Assembly (NCBI RefSeq): GCF_020745735.1
Contig: NW_026867640.1
Location: 1,186,698 to 1,250,697, forward strand
Reading direction: 5' to 3'
Origin: Hemiscyllium ocellatum
Lineage: Eukaryota
DNA: 64,000 nucleotides
The position numbers and the translations under genes are program-made. Positions 1 to 12,064 of this stretch are shown here, one piece after another. The notes under the pieces are model-generated. The model did no database searches and was not told the DNA's origin. It saw only the letters and a list, made by a program, of their open reading frames with translations. Positions within the stretch are counted from its first letter, which is position 1. Each line of letters opens with the position of its first letter.

Positions 1-482
1 GGGTATCGGGCCCTATGTCCTGGTGAGTTGTTTTCTGAGAGTGGCTGATGGTTTGGGTGCTGCTATGAGTCCTAGTGGTCGCAGCAGTCTGGCTGCCAGT
101 TCAGAAACGCTCCTGATGTATGGTAGTGTGGCCACTCCTTTGGGTTGTGGCATGTCCTCATTTTATTGTCTTTCCCTTCGGTATCTGTTGATGAAATTGA
201 GCGGGTATCCGTTTTTGGTGAGTACCTTGTATACGTGTTCTTCTTCCTCTTTTTGTAGTTCTGGTGTGCTGCAGTGTGTTGTGGCTCTTTTGAATAATGT
301 CCTGATGCAACTCCGTTTGTGTGGGTTGGGGTGGTTGCTGTCATAGTTCAGGAATTGGTCTGTGTGTGTGGCTTTTCTGTATACCTTCCTGGTGAATTCT
401 CCGTTCGGTGTTCTCTGTACCATCACGTCTAGGATTGGGAGCTGGTTGTCCTTTTCTTCCTCTCTCGTGAATCGGAATCCGA
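1..482 (-). mobile_element. Penelope-like retroelement fragment (RT C-terminus/thumb region), 5'-truncated, runs out of window
   Basis: ORF 163-510(-) FTREEEKDNQLPILDVMV..VYRKATHTDQFLNYDSNHP..HKRSCIRTLFKRA is typical Penelope RT C-terminus; near-identical to 42603-43546. Confidence 0.9.
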
Positions 483-639
483 CAGCAGGCTTTCCAGAGA
501 TTTTCCACAAGGTATTACTGAATGAAAGTTCTTACACAACTCAGAAGCTCGTAGGATGATGGATAATGTATTCACATGGGATGATGATTGGTTTGCACAT
601 AGAAATCGGAGAGTCAGGATTAATGGATCTTTATGATAA

Positions 640-1310
640 AGGTGTATCTGCTGGAGTACCACAGAATGAGTCCTATGACATCAGTTATTTACACTCTACA
701 CTGATAGTCTGAAGGAGGGAGCAGAGTCCAATATACATCCGAGTTTATGGATGACACTGAGAACCAAAAGGCAGGCTATTATTTAATGGAGGGGACTTCC
801 AGAAAAGGAGCAGTACAAAGGGATTGGACTCTTCCTGTGTATGAAACATAAAGTCAGCATGCGGGTGCAGCAAGTAAATGGATTGCTTCAAAAGCCGGAC
901 CTGATATGAACGGTTTGTGTTATTGAGAATCTCTGAAATGGGGAGGCGATTATTCATTGGGTTTTAAATGAACGAGGAGTGATACTGCTGAAAAATACAA
1001 GACACAGAGAGTGGTTGATGCGGTAGATGTTGATAAGTTTTTACCATACCTGGGTGGAGTCTCGAACTCGAGGACATAGATACCAAAAATGGAACATTGA
1101 TTTCAGTCTGAGATGCAAATTGCTGTCTTCTCTCAGAAGGTAGTGAACGTCGGGAATTCCCTGACCCAGAGAGGTGTGGAGGGATACAAGGGTTCGGCAA
1201 GAAAGTGGAGTTAGACCTCGATTACATCAGCCATGTTCGTATTAAATGACAGGTTAAGCTTGAGGGGCCGAATAGCCTACTGTTGTCCCTATTTATAAAT
1301 TTCACATGTT
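640..1310 (+). mobile_element. CR1 LINE 3' fragment, decayed
   Basis: Degenerate RT C-terminal sequence and CR1 3' end (ggccgaatagcctact...atgttatg). Confidence 0.75.
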
Positions 1311-2100
1311 ATGCTTTTGCAAAGTAACTGGTTAGTTTCCTGGAAGTTGTGTTGTGTAATGCTACATTCGGGTGAGCAGAGGATTTGTTTGAGTTAACCC
1401 TGGGTGGGGTATGGGGGCTGCATTCACAGCGAATCTGGGTCTGGGACATGACTTACTTCTGGAGCAGAAGTTACAGAGGGGGGAAGCCTGGAAACAGGGA
1501 TTGGGAGTGAGGGTCACTTCCTGACTCGTCCTGGATTTCCAAGTACATTTCCAAAACTGCACCTAACCATCAGGCTTCGATCTGCCCCTGTGTAGCAGGT
1601 CCGAAGGGCTGATGAGAACATCAGAATGTAGGGCTGCAGGACACGAGGGGGGCATTCGGCCCTTTGTCACTACTCCACCAGTAAATGAGGTCATGGCTCA
1701 TCTCATTGTGGTCCCAGCTGCACTTTTCTTTCCATGCACAATTATCCATGATTCACTGTCTATGGAAAATTAGACAAAGCCAGCCTCGATATAATTTCAA
1801 TATTCAGCCATCCCAACTTTTGGGAAAGATGATATCCACCTGAATGTATTCTCACTTTGTGACGAAGGATGGAGGCTGTCACTATTTCCTTTTCTAGTCC
1901 TATTCCTCCACTCCTCACAACAAATGTTAAATGTAAGCAGGTTGGTGATATGGCAAATGATAAAGGTCTCAGACTGGGTCAGGTTCAGTGATAAGAACAA
2001 GTCAGACAGATTTCTTTAGTCAGCCACAAGTTACTAACAGAACTAACGGATGAGTATGGTGAGTATGTGGGTGACACTACTTCCACACATCACCACCATT

Positions 2101-2378
2101 GGGCGGTAAGTTGGCACAGTGGTTAGCACTGTTGCCTCACTGCGCCTGAGACCCGGGTTCAATTCCCGACTCAGGCGACTGACTGTGCGGAGTTTGCACG
2201 TTCTCCCCGTGTCTGCGTGGGTTTCCTCCGGGTGCTCCGGTTTCCTCCCACAGTCCAACGATGTGCGGGTCAGGTGAATTAGCTATGCTAAATTGTCCGT
2301 AGTGTTAGGTAAGGGGTAAATGTAGGGGTATGGGTGGGTTGCGCTTCGGCAGGTCGGTGTGGACTTGTTGGGCCGAAT
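2101..2378 (+). mobile_element. tRNA-derived SINE (HE1/V-SINE type)
   Basis: A box TGGCACAGTGG, B box GGTTCAATTCC, V-domain gtggagtttgcacgttctccccgtgtctgcgtgggtttcc, CR1-like tail. Confidence 0.9.
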
Positions 2379-2384
2379 CTGATC

Positions 2385-2570
2385 AAAGAGCTGGGTTCAA
2401 TTCCAACCTCGGGCGACCCTGTATGCGGAGTTTGAACATTTTCCCCGTGTCTGTGTGGGTTTCCTCTTAGTTATCCTGTTTGCTGCCACAGTCCAAAGAT
2501 GTGCAGTTTAAAGTGGATTGCCCATAGTGCCCAGGGATGTGTAGTTGGTTAAGTATGGGAAAAACATGGT
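2385..2570 (+). mobile_element. Second partial HE1-type SINE
   Basis: B box gggttcaattcc plus V-domain, 3' truncated. Confidence 0.75.
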
Positions 2571-2589
2571 TACATGGATAAGGTAACCC

Positions 2590-3200
2590 TCTCAACCCTC
2601 TCAACCATTGTGCTACTGAGACATTATAAATCTCTGGTTAGGCCCCATTTGGAGTACTGTGTCCAGTTTTGGTCCCCACACCTCAGGAAGGACACACTGA
2701 CACTGGACTGCGTCCAGCAGAGATTCACACGGATGAGCCCTGGAATGGTAGGTCTAACATATGAGGAACGGCTGAGGAACCTGAGATTGTATTCATTGGA
2801 ATTTAGAAGATTAAGGGGAGATTAAATAGAAACTTTCAAGGTAATATATGGCTTGGAAAGGGTGGACGCTAGGAAATTATTTCCGTTAGGCGAGGAGACT
2901 AGGACCCCTGGACACAGCCTTAGAATTAGAGGGGGACAATTCAGAAGAGAAATGTGGAGACATATCTTTAGCCAGAGAGTGGTGGGAATTCATTGCCGCA
3001 AAGTGCAGTGGAGGCCGGGACCCTAAATGTCTTCAAGGCAGAGATTGATAAATTATTGATGTCACAAGGAATTAAGGGCTACAGGAAGAATGCTGGTAAG
3101 TAGACTTGAAATGCCCATCAGCCATGATTGAATGGTGGAGTGGACTCAATGGGCCGAACGGCCTTACTTCCACTCCTATGCCTTATGGTCATATGGTTAA
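2590..3200 (+). mobile_element. CR1 LINE 3' end
   Basis: YKSLVRPHLEYCVQFWSPHLRKD..LERVQ-type ORF2 C-terminus and 3' UTR hairpin/tail. Confidence 0.9.
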
Positions 3201-3347
3201 AGGTAGTGTGGCACGTCCAGGTGGGATGCTGTTTGGTGGATCAGTGCGGACTTAATGGACGGAATGTCCTGCCTCAACACTGTAGAGGCTCTATGACAAT
3301 TACAACAAATTTGGACTATACACCCAGCGGGTATAGACCGAATCGAC

Positions 3348-3592
3348 TCTCCTCAAGGTCTTGTACATTTCATTCTCATTCCAAGAGTTACCTTTTAAAG
3401 CCTTCATAATATCAGCTCATCACCCCAGGAATATGTGAACTGAAACATCGCTGAACTGCTTCCAATGTATTCTCCTCAAGGTCTGATATGCTTCATTCTC
3501 GTTTCAAGAGTAACCTTTTATATCCTTCATAATATAAGCCCTTCACCCCAGGATTACCTGAAATGAAACATCGCTAAACTGTTTTCAATGTA
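3348..3592. repeat. 123-bp diverged tandem duplication (CR1-derived)
   Basis: tctcctcaaggtc...gaaacatcgct.aactg.tt.caatgta occurs at 3348 and 3471. Confidence 0.8.
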
Positions 3593-3839
3593 ATTATATA
3601 CTTTCTCAGATAATGAGACACAAACAAACTAATCTCACATTCAGATCATAAGGTTTGTATTTGTTTTCTCAAAGTGCTTTGAGTCTTTGCAACACTCTTG
3701 CCCACAAAGCATTGGAGGCGAAGATATTGAATATTTATGAGGCACTGATAGAAGGTTCATAAAGAACAACAGAGTGAAGGATTATCGAGGAATGGGCAGC
3801 AATGTGCAGTGTGGGGGGAAATGTCGACAGAGGTATCAA

Positions 3840-3965
3840 ATACTGAAAATGTGTTGCTGGAAAAGCGCAGCAGGTCAGGCCGCATCCAAGGAACAGGAGA
3901 ATCGATGTTTCGGGCATAAGCCCTTCTTCAGGAATGAGGAAAGTGTGTCCAGCAGGCTAACATAA
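3840..3965 (-). mobile_element. Penelope pseudo-LTR fragment containing a minimal hammerhead motif
   Basis: Shared with 17880, 49840, 55430 and 61030; minus strand reads CTGAAGA-A-GGGC-TTAT-GCCC-GAAAC-ATC. Confidence 0.75.
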
Positions 3966-4099
3966 AATAACACCGGTCCAGAACATCCAGGAATTTAATG
4001 CAAAATGAAATGATAATATCGACTAAATGTTAAGGGGGAATACAAGATTGCTGCGATCCACAAGGTCTGATTGCTGGGCTCTGCATCAATGCTCAGGTA

Positions 4100-7000
4100 A
4101 AGTGGTTCTCTAATCCATCTCAGTCCCAGCCATTTATTTACAATTCAACATTAAAAGAGCAATAGAATCTTTACTAATCCAGTTTTGCCAGTGGAAATGA
4201 CAAAACACGAGAAAGGATCGAGTAAGTTCCCACACGCGGTGCACCCGTCAGAAGCATCGAGCGTGCCTGAGGCTGGAGCTGCAACCCACTGTGCTCGTTC
4301 GATAGACCCAGTTATCTAACCAGGCATTGGTCACTGAGTTCACCAAGTTATGTGAAATGATTGAAACCATGATTGAAGAAGGGTTCAGCTGTAGTTCTCC
4401 CCCTCGAGAACAGGGGGAGGATGAAAAATGTTCACATCGTCTGTTTGCTGGACCAGACGGAAGGTGGTCAGCCAGTGAGTTTACTGAGAACTAGCTGCTG
4501 CGATTCCTTCACTTCAAAACTGAAAAGTGAAGGGTGAAGACTAGACAGTTCATATGGTTACAGTGCACAGGTCAGACTCAGACCAGCGCCCTCGTCCTGT
4601 CCTTGTGTGGTTACATAGTTATGGGGAGAAACAAAGACTGATGGGATCTTCATGAACCCGGGGAAAGGTCCAATGGCTTTAATGCACGAGGGCTCCAGCA
4701 TTAGGACTTTTCAGCGGTGGTGATTCCAGAAAGAAAATCTTTTAATGATATCAAGTGAAGAGTAAGGGAACTTGGGATTCAGTACACCATCTGGTTCCCA
4801 GCGGTGCTCCATATTGCTTTCAATGGATCCATACACTCTTCAGACTCTCCAGAGAAAGCGAAACCTATATGGAAATTTTAAAGTAAGCTGGATGTTTAGA
4901 TAATCATGTTTCTCTCTTAAATAAATTTTCTCGGATTTTTCTGGTATTAAACAGTGTTAAATTATAGTCGGGGATGGGAAGAATATTCACTTTTAAGTTC
5001 TTCATTACTATTACTACTCTTGTTTTCTTTCCTTGCTTGTGTCTGGGGTGCGGTTCAAGCTGGAGCAAGTTACAAAGGTAGTGATGATGACTAAATACCG
5101 AACAAAGGGAATTTGAAGCGCGATTTTGTTGTGAATTGCCCTGGATGTCATATTGGAAGGAGGCAGAAGGTGAAGTTTTAGGATATGCAACCGTCCCCAC
5201 TGGGTGGACGTGGGGTAAATTCCCGATCGAGTATCATTGGCACTTTGGATTTTGTTTCTTTTTTTATGAGTTAATTTTGGAAAAGTCTTAGAGCTTGATA
5301 GTTGTAGCAGTCTTATTTCGTGTTGTTTCTAAGGTCTATGAGTCGTTTTTCATTCATGATCAGTGATGTGTAACTCGACTTCTTCCTCTCCATAGCTTAA
5401 ATGTTGCTACAGTGTGTAATGGATAATGATGTGCTTAATAAGCTGAGCCATCGTCTAGTCAAGAGGAAACATGTACTGTCTAGTCTTAGAAAGGAGAGGG
5501 TGGATGTTGTCCTATTGCAGGAGATGCATGTTGATGACAAGGAACATTTCACATGACAGCAGGGTGGGTCTGATCAGGTTTATTTCTCGTTTTTTAATAT
5601 TAGGACAGGGGAGAAGCCACACTGGATAGGAAGAATCTTCCAGTTAAATTACAATATTATATTAGATACTCACAGGAGGATCATATTCCCACAATCCTTG
5701 AACTATGAGAAATAATATAGTATTTTGGATGTTTATTGCCTCCCGGCGCACCCTCTTAAAGCCGTGGTAGATGCAGGATCCCAGTACCTTCCCTAATTGA
5801 GGTAATGGCTTGAGAGGGGCCCTCGTTTTCTTGGCAAGATAGGCTAAATACTTGCCTAGCTTATCACCATGTTCAAACAGCCTTTGTTTTGCAAAAGTAA
5901 GTTCCTTCTTGGCTGTCTGTGTGAGCGTGGAATTCACTGTAGACCGAAGCGTTGAGATCCTCTGAAGCTTAGCCACGGATGGTCTATCACAGTATACCCT
6001 CTCGACTGCACTCAGCTGTGCCTCAAGCCAGCGTTTCTGCTCCCCCTTCTGCTGCATCCTAAGGAATTATTCCTTTGGCATAAGCCTCAGCAATGTACCA
6101 TAAAATTGACTGTTTACTTGTTGAATCTGAATTAATGGCGAAGGAAGATCTGAATCCATTGCAGAAATACTTAATGAACTAACTATCCTTAAGAATAAAG
6201 TTATACATTCGCCAGTGTCTTGAATCTGTTATATTGTCCATAATCTTAATCAATAGGTATACTGCTTCATGATCAGAAATGGTAATATTCCCAATTGTGC
6301 AGGATACCACCGAATCTAAGATTATTGCAGGGATGGGGAAGAGATCAACCCTCGTGCGGCATTTCTGTGGGTTAAAGAAGAAAAAAAGATCCCTACTTGT
6401 GAGGTAGATCTGCCTCCAGACATCCATTTGTTTGACAAAATTAAATAAGGCCTTCAAAGAGGGGAGGCATTTCCAATACCCTGGTTATTTCGGATAACTG
6501 TTATTAAAATGAATGGCCTTCGTCATTTACTACACACCGTGTGAATGCTTCCTTTAATGTTTCCCAGACAGATGTTTAAGAAACATAATGGCTGATTTAG
6601 CTCTTTTATTTGACACCATAAGCGATTTTTTTATAAAGCTAACAATATTGCAACTGCCCCCAGATTGTGGGGAGTTGATCTCACTGATTAAAAGCTGTCA
6701 ATTAAGTATTTTTTTCATCGTATGTTAGTGCCTGGGCCGCTGAGGTCTCGGCATCAATATGGCTAGACATTGAGCCCTCTCAGACAAAGTGAACCCTTAG
6801 TAGATTGTTGTTCTTAGATAAAATGACATCATTTATGGAATATTGTCATAAACTAATGACAATAAATTGTGGGCAGCGAGGAGTGCACCTTGCTTGGGTG
6901 ATTTAGAATTAGTAGACTCCCTACAGAGTTGAAACAGGTCCTTAGGTCCAGCAAGTCCACTTCAACCCTCTGAAGAGTAGCCCACCCAGACCCATTCCCC

Positions 7001-7992
7001 TACCATCCTATATTTACCTTTGACTAATGCCCCAACCTACACATCTCTGAATACTATGAGCGATTTAGCAATGGCCAATTCATCTAACCTGCATATCATT
7101 GTGACTGTGGGAGGAAACCTACGCAGACACATTAGAGAATGTACTAACTACACACAGCCAGTCACCCAAGGCTGGAACCAAACCCGTGACCCTGGTACAG
7201 TGAGTCAGCAGTGCAAACCACCGAGCTACGACATGCTACTTGAGGGAGAAACAATGATATCATTTGATCAAATATCTCGTAAGTATGGACTACCTAGTAA
7301 GACTTCTGTTTTATTTTTCCAGTTTAGAGAATTGATTAAAAAAATACTTTAAACAGACTCTTACAGATCTGATAGAGACAAGCGGGTACTTAGTGTTAAG
7401 TATACACTCCGTGTCAGTACCCTTTGTCATTAGTTGGATAGTGTCCCCTCAGACAAGACCGTGCAGCTTTGTGAAGTCTGTGCGAGAGAGTTGGGGGTTT
7501 TGATCTCTTCGGAGACAGGGGAGGATATTTGTGAAAATGCTCGAAGGTTTTTGATCTATTAAAGGACCCATTCTATGCAGTTGACAATTCTTCATAGGGT
7601 CTATCTGACACCAGACTTTCTCTGAAAATTCAAAGTGGGATTATCTTCAGCAGGTCCTAAATGCAGAATGACAACAGGCACACTCACTCATTGCATGTGG
7701 TCCTGCTGCAGGCTTTGTATATATTGGAGCACTGTGTTAGGTGTGGTAGAGTGGGTCTTGGGGATTGAATTGGAGATGGACCCGGTTTCTCTTTGCCTGG
7801 GCCTACACAGAGTATTTTATGCAGATGCATATGGGCAAAAAAAATCCTTATTTTGTGGGCTAGGAAAAATATTCTCTTGTGTCGGATGTCTGAAAATTTC
7901 CACGTCAGTTGGGACTTTGTAAGCTCATCATGGAGAATGTCCCTTTGGACTTTCTCACCAGCATGCTACACCAAAAAACAAAGACTAATATA
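4100..7992 (+). mobile_element. L1/Tx1-clade LINE, decayed, with internal inversion (~5776-6471) and deleted RT
   Basis: ORF1-like region 4197-4900; APE start 5400-5775 (KRKHVLSSLRKERVDVVLLQE); minus-strand ORFs 6179-6457 (DVWR..SDH) and 5662-6057 (FEHGDKLGKYLA); post-RT/C-terminal Cys region 6472-7990 (THCMWSC). Confidence 0.85.
6905..7228 (-). mobile_element. HE1-type SINE inserted in the L1
   Basis: Reverse complement of SINE head, V-domain and tail. Confidence 0.8.
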
Positions 7993-7994
7993 AG

Positions 7995-9728
7995 TCAGAG
8001 AGTCATAGAGGTGTACAGCATGGAAACAGACCCTTCGGTCCAACCCATCCTTGCCGACCACATATCACAAACCAATCTAGTCCCACCTGCCAGCACCTGG
8101 GCCATATCCTACCAAACCCTTCCTATTCATATACCCATCCAAATGCATCTTAACTGTTACATTTGTATCAACCTCCACCACTTCCTCTGGCAGTTCATTC
8201 CATCCACTTACCACTCTCTGTGTGAAAACGTTGCATCGTAGATCTCTTTTATATCTTTCCCCTCTCACTCTAAACCTATGCCCTCTAGTTCTGGACTCCG
8301 CGGCCCCAGGGAAAATACTTTAGCTATTTACGTTATCCTTGCCCCTCATAACTTTGTAAACATCGATTATATAAGCCCACAGTCTCCGACGCTCCAGGGA
8401 AAACAGTCCCAGCATATTCAGCCTCTCTCTGTAGCTCAAATCCTTCAACCTTGGCAACAACCTTGAAAATCTTTTCTGAACTCTTTCAAGTTTCACAACA
8501 TATTTTCGATAGGAAGGAGACCAGAATTGCGTGCAATATTCCAACAGTGGCCTAACCAATATCCTGTACAGCCACAACATGACCTCCCAAATCCTGTACT
8601 CGGTACTTTGACCAATAAAGGAAAACATGCCAAACGCCTTCTTCACTATCCTATCTACCTGCAACTCCACTTTCAAGGAGCTATAAACCTCGACTCCAAT
8701 GTCTCTTTGTTCAGCAACCAACTCGAGGACCTTACCATTAAGTGTATAAGTCCTGCTAAGATGTGTTTTCCCAAAATGCAGTACCTCGCATTTATCTGAA
8801 TTAAACTCCATCTGCCACTTCTCAGCTCATTGGCCAGCCTGGTCCAGATCCTGTTGTAATCTGAGGTAACTGTCTCCACTGTCCACTACACCTGCAATTT
8901 TGGTGTCACCTGCAAACTTACTAATTTTACCTCTTATGCTCGCATCCAAATCATTTATATAAATGACAAAACATAGAGGTCCCAGCACCTATCCTTGTGG
9001 CACTTCACTGGTCTCAGGCCTCCAGTCTGAAAAGCAACCCTCCACCACCACCCTCTGTCTTCTACCTTTGAGCCAGTTCTGTATCCAAATCTCTAGTTCT
9101 CCCTGTATTCCATGAGATCTAATCTTGCTAATCAGTCTCCCATGGGGAACCTTGTGGAATGCCTTATGAAGCCCACATAGATCACATCTACCCCTCTGCC
9201 CTCATCAATTCTCTTTGTTACTTCCTCAAAAAACTCAATCAATTTTGGAGACATGATTTCCCACGCACAAAGCCATGTTGACTATTCCAAATCAGGCCTT
9301 GCCTTTCCAAATACACGCGCATCCTGTCCCTCAGAATTCCCTCCAACAACTTGCCCACCACTGAGGCCAGGCTCAGCGGTCTATAGTTCCCTGGCTTGTC
9401 CTTACCACCCTTCTTAAACAGTGGCACCACCTTAGCCAACCTCTAGTCTTCCGGCACGCCACCTGTGGCTATCCATATTTCAAATATCTCAGCATGAGGC
9501 CCAGCAATCACTTCTCTAGATTCCCACAGAGTTCTCGGTCACACCTGGAAATGTCATGGAGATTTATCCACCTTTAATTGTTTCAAGATATCCAGCACTT
9601 CCTCCTCTGTAATATGGACATTTTGCAAGGTGTCATCATTTATTTCCCGACATTTTCTAGCTTCCATATCCTTTCGCACAGTAAATACTGATGCAAAATA
9701 CTCGTTTAATATCTCCCCATACTTCCTA
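7995..9728 (-). mobile_element. CR1 LINE (RT to 3' tail), frameshifted
   Basis: ORFs 9239-9439 (VVPLFKKGGKDKPGNYRPLSL..SQHGFVRGKSC) and 8320-8811 (LVRPLLEYCTQFWSP). Confidence 0.92.
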
Positions 9729-9729
9729 T

Positions 9730-10235
9730 GCCAGGAAAAATATTTTGTAGTGTTGGATGTGTGAGAACTCCCCACCCCCCCCCCCCCCCACCCCGGGTGT
9801 GTTGGTTCGTCGTAACCTCCCTTTGGACATTCTCACTAGTATGGTTCACCGAAAAGCAGAGATTTAAAAAAGATATGGCAACCCTTTTTGGATTACTGCG
9901 ATGCAGGCTTATCTGCCACTTTAAAAAAGCGCTTTTACATAGCCATGACGATATTGTCAAATGAATCAAATGTGAAGAATTGTCAACACATGAAGGTATA
10001 TCAGTGAATGCTCTCGAAGAACATGAGCTATCGTTTTGTTATTCTGAGCCGTATTATTTGTTTATTATTTATTGTTTATTTTTGTTTTTCTTCTGTCCTT
10101 TAAAAGACTTAAACTTGTTTTGTATGTACATGCACGTGGGTGTAATTTTGTTCAGATATTTGACTTGTTTTGTTATTGGTTTAATATAATAACGAGAATC
10201 TACTATTCAGGAAAAAAAGTTAAAAAAAATTAAAA
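9730..10235 (+). mobile_element. Second L1 3' end with A-rich tail
   Basis: Homologous to 7855-7990 (aggaaaaatatt...ccctttggac.ttctcac), T-rich 3' UTR, ends in A-rich run at ~10210-10235. Confidence 0.7.
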
Positions 10236-10244
10236 TGCTAACAT

Positions 10245-10440
10245 TGATAGAGTCCCAAAGAGGTCTCATTAGAGAGACCACTCATGGTGTTTTACGCTGA
10301 AGGTCACCACAATTTGGGTGATGGGGTGAGGTTGAGAACGCATGCACTTCATAGTAATTTCTGTCAGTGTGGTGAATTGAACCTGCACTGGTGGCCTCCC
10401 TCTGCATCACAAACCAAACATCCAGCCAACTGAGTGGGAG
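10245..10440 (-). mobile_element. tRNA-derived SINE of a second family
   Basis: Minus strand: ctcagttggctggatgtttggtttgtgatgcagag...ggttcaattc (A/B-box-like). Confidence 0.6.
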
Positions 10441-12064
10441 ACTGTGGAACTGTTACCCACAGAATCAGTCACAGACAAAGGGCAAGAGAAACATTTATTA
10501 CAAGGAAAAAGGTATTTTTGAGATCACGGTCATGATAACGGCTGAGGATAAAAAAGTTCTCTGCTAGAAATTGTATTTTATAATAAGACAACTGTTTGGA
10601 AGCTGTCTTTGCTGAATACAATAAGGTGAGACAAGTGAAATAACCAGAATGACTAATTGTGATTGAATATCGATATCATAAAATAAGTGCATGTTTTTGA
10701 TTGGCCTATGGAAAGCATGCTGACTATTGTATGAATTTATAAAGCAGATGAAATATATTGTTAGGTGAGTCCGTCCCCATGGGAAATGCCTTCTGAACAC
10801 ATGCTGCAAGAAACCCGAGGTAAAAAGTTTCTGAGAATCGTCTGCTTGGTAACTGGAAGCTGCGGGTTGAATGACTGTAACATGGAGCTAAGAAAACCAT
10901 CAGATCACCCCCAAACGTATTGAATGCAGGAGAATCTTTGAAGCACTGAATGGCCTCATGATGGATTTTAATTGTGTGTGATTTGAAAAACGTACATCTC
11001 TACTCCATCGTCTTACGTGTCACACACTGGGGCACTGCCGCCTTACTAAAACTGGGAATAAGTTGGAACATTATATGGAACATTCCATAATTGGCATTTT
11101 CCAGACTATTCCATATCTGTGTGGAGGGCATTAGAAATGCAACAGAGAAACAGAGCGAAGTTGCTGCATGCACTAGTGAGAGTGATAGAGCATGAGCCTT
11201 GTTCGAGAGCCGGTGCTATAACAGATATACGCTGAGTGTGAGGGAGCAGAGAGAATATGGTGATCCTTATTCTGACAGAGCGGGGAAGGTTATTGATGCT
11301 TGTCCTGTTTTGCTGGACATTTTTCAGACTGCAGATACTGCACTGATGTGGGTGGTGAGCTCAGACCATATACGGTACGTCTGGTAGTGTGATCTCTCTG
11401 GGAAGAGAATGGTCCCCCTCTGTACTAGCTCATCCACCAGGAACTCAGTGCCCCTGTCGAAAAACAGTGATGTATTTTCCCCTTATCTGCCATGCTCGGG
11501 GTAAACTGTGTAGGGCAGCTCCAATCTGAGAAAGTTCAACCGTGTGCCCCTTGGCCTTTTAAAGATGGCCCCGGTATCAGGGATCACAGAATATCCAGGG
11601 GAATCTCGGCGATGGTGAATACATCTAGTCATGATGGGTGTGAGAATCGGGCTGGCATTGTATGAGAGGGACACCATGGAGTGGGGTGGGTAGTTAATGA
11701 GATGAGTTTGATAAGATAGCACCAGGAAACTAGCTCAGCCTCGTGCAGACAACCCCTCTGTCACACTCAATGAAAATATCACTGAAACAGTTTTTTGTTA
11801 GATTCAGCCCAGTGAGGCGAAGACTCTGCTGTCCTCACTCCCAGTGAGAAATCTGCAGAACAAATGCTCATCCAAAAGTCTCCATCGCCTGAACTCAGAG
11901 CAATATCCCTTTCACTCATAATTCTTCATAATAATGATGTGTGTTGCGTGATACTATCGAAATGGCTTCATTTTAGCATTCTGAAACCTGTGAACATATC
12001 CTTCCATGACATATTTTCTCAGTCTCACCCATTCTGCCTCCAGTCCAAAACACACGCACTTACA

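Noticed and set aside
2101-2180. tRNA genes (also SINE heads at 38564, 40710, 51060)
   Set aside because: A/B boxes continue into SINE bodies; no complete cloverleaf
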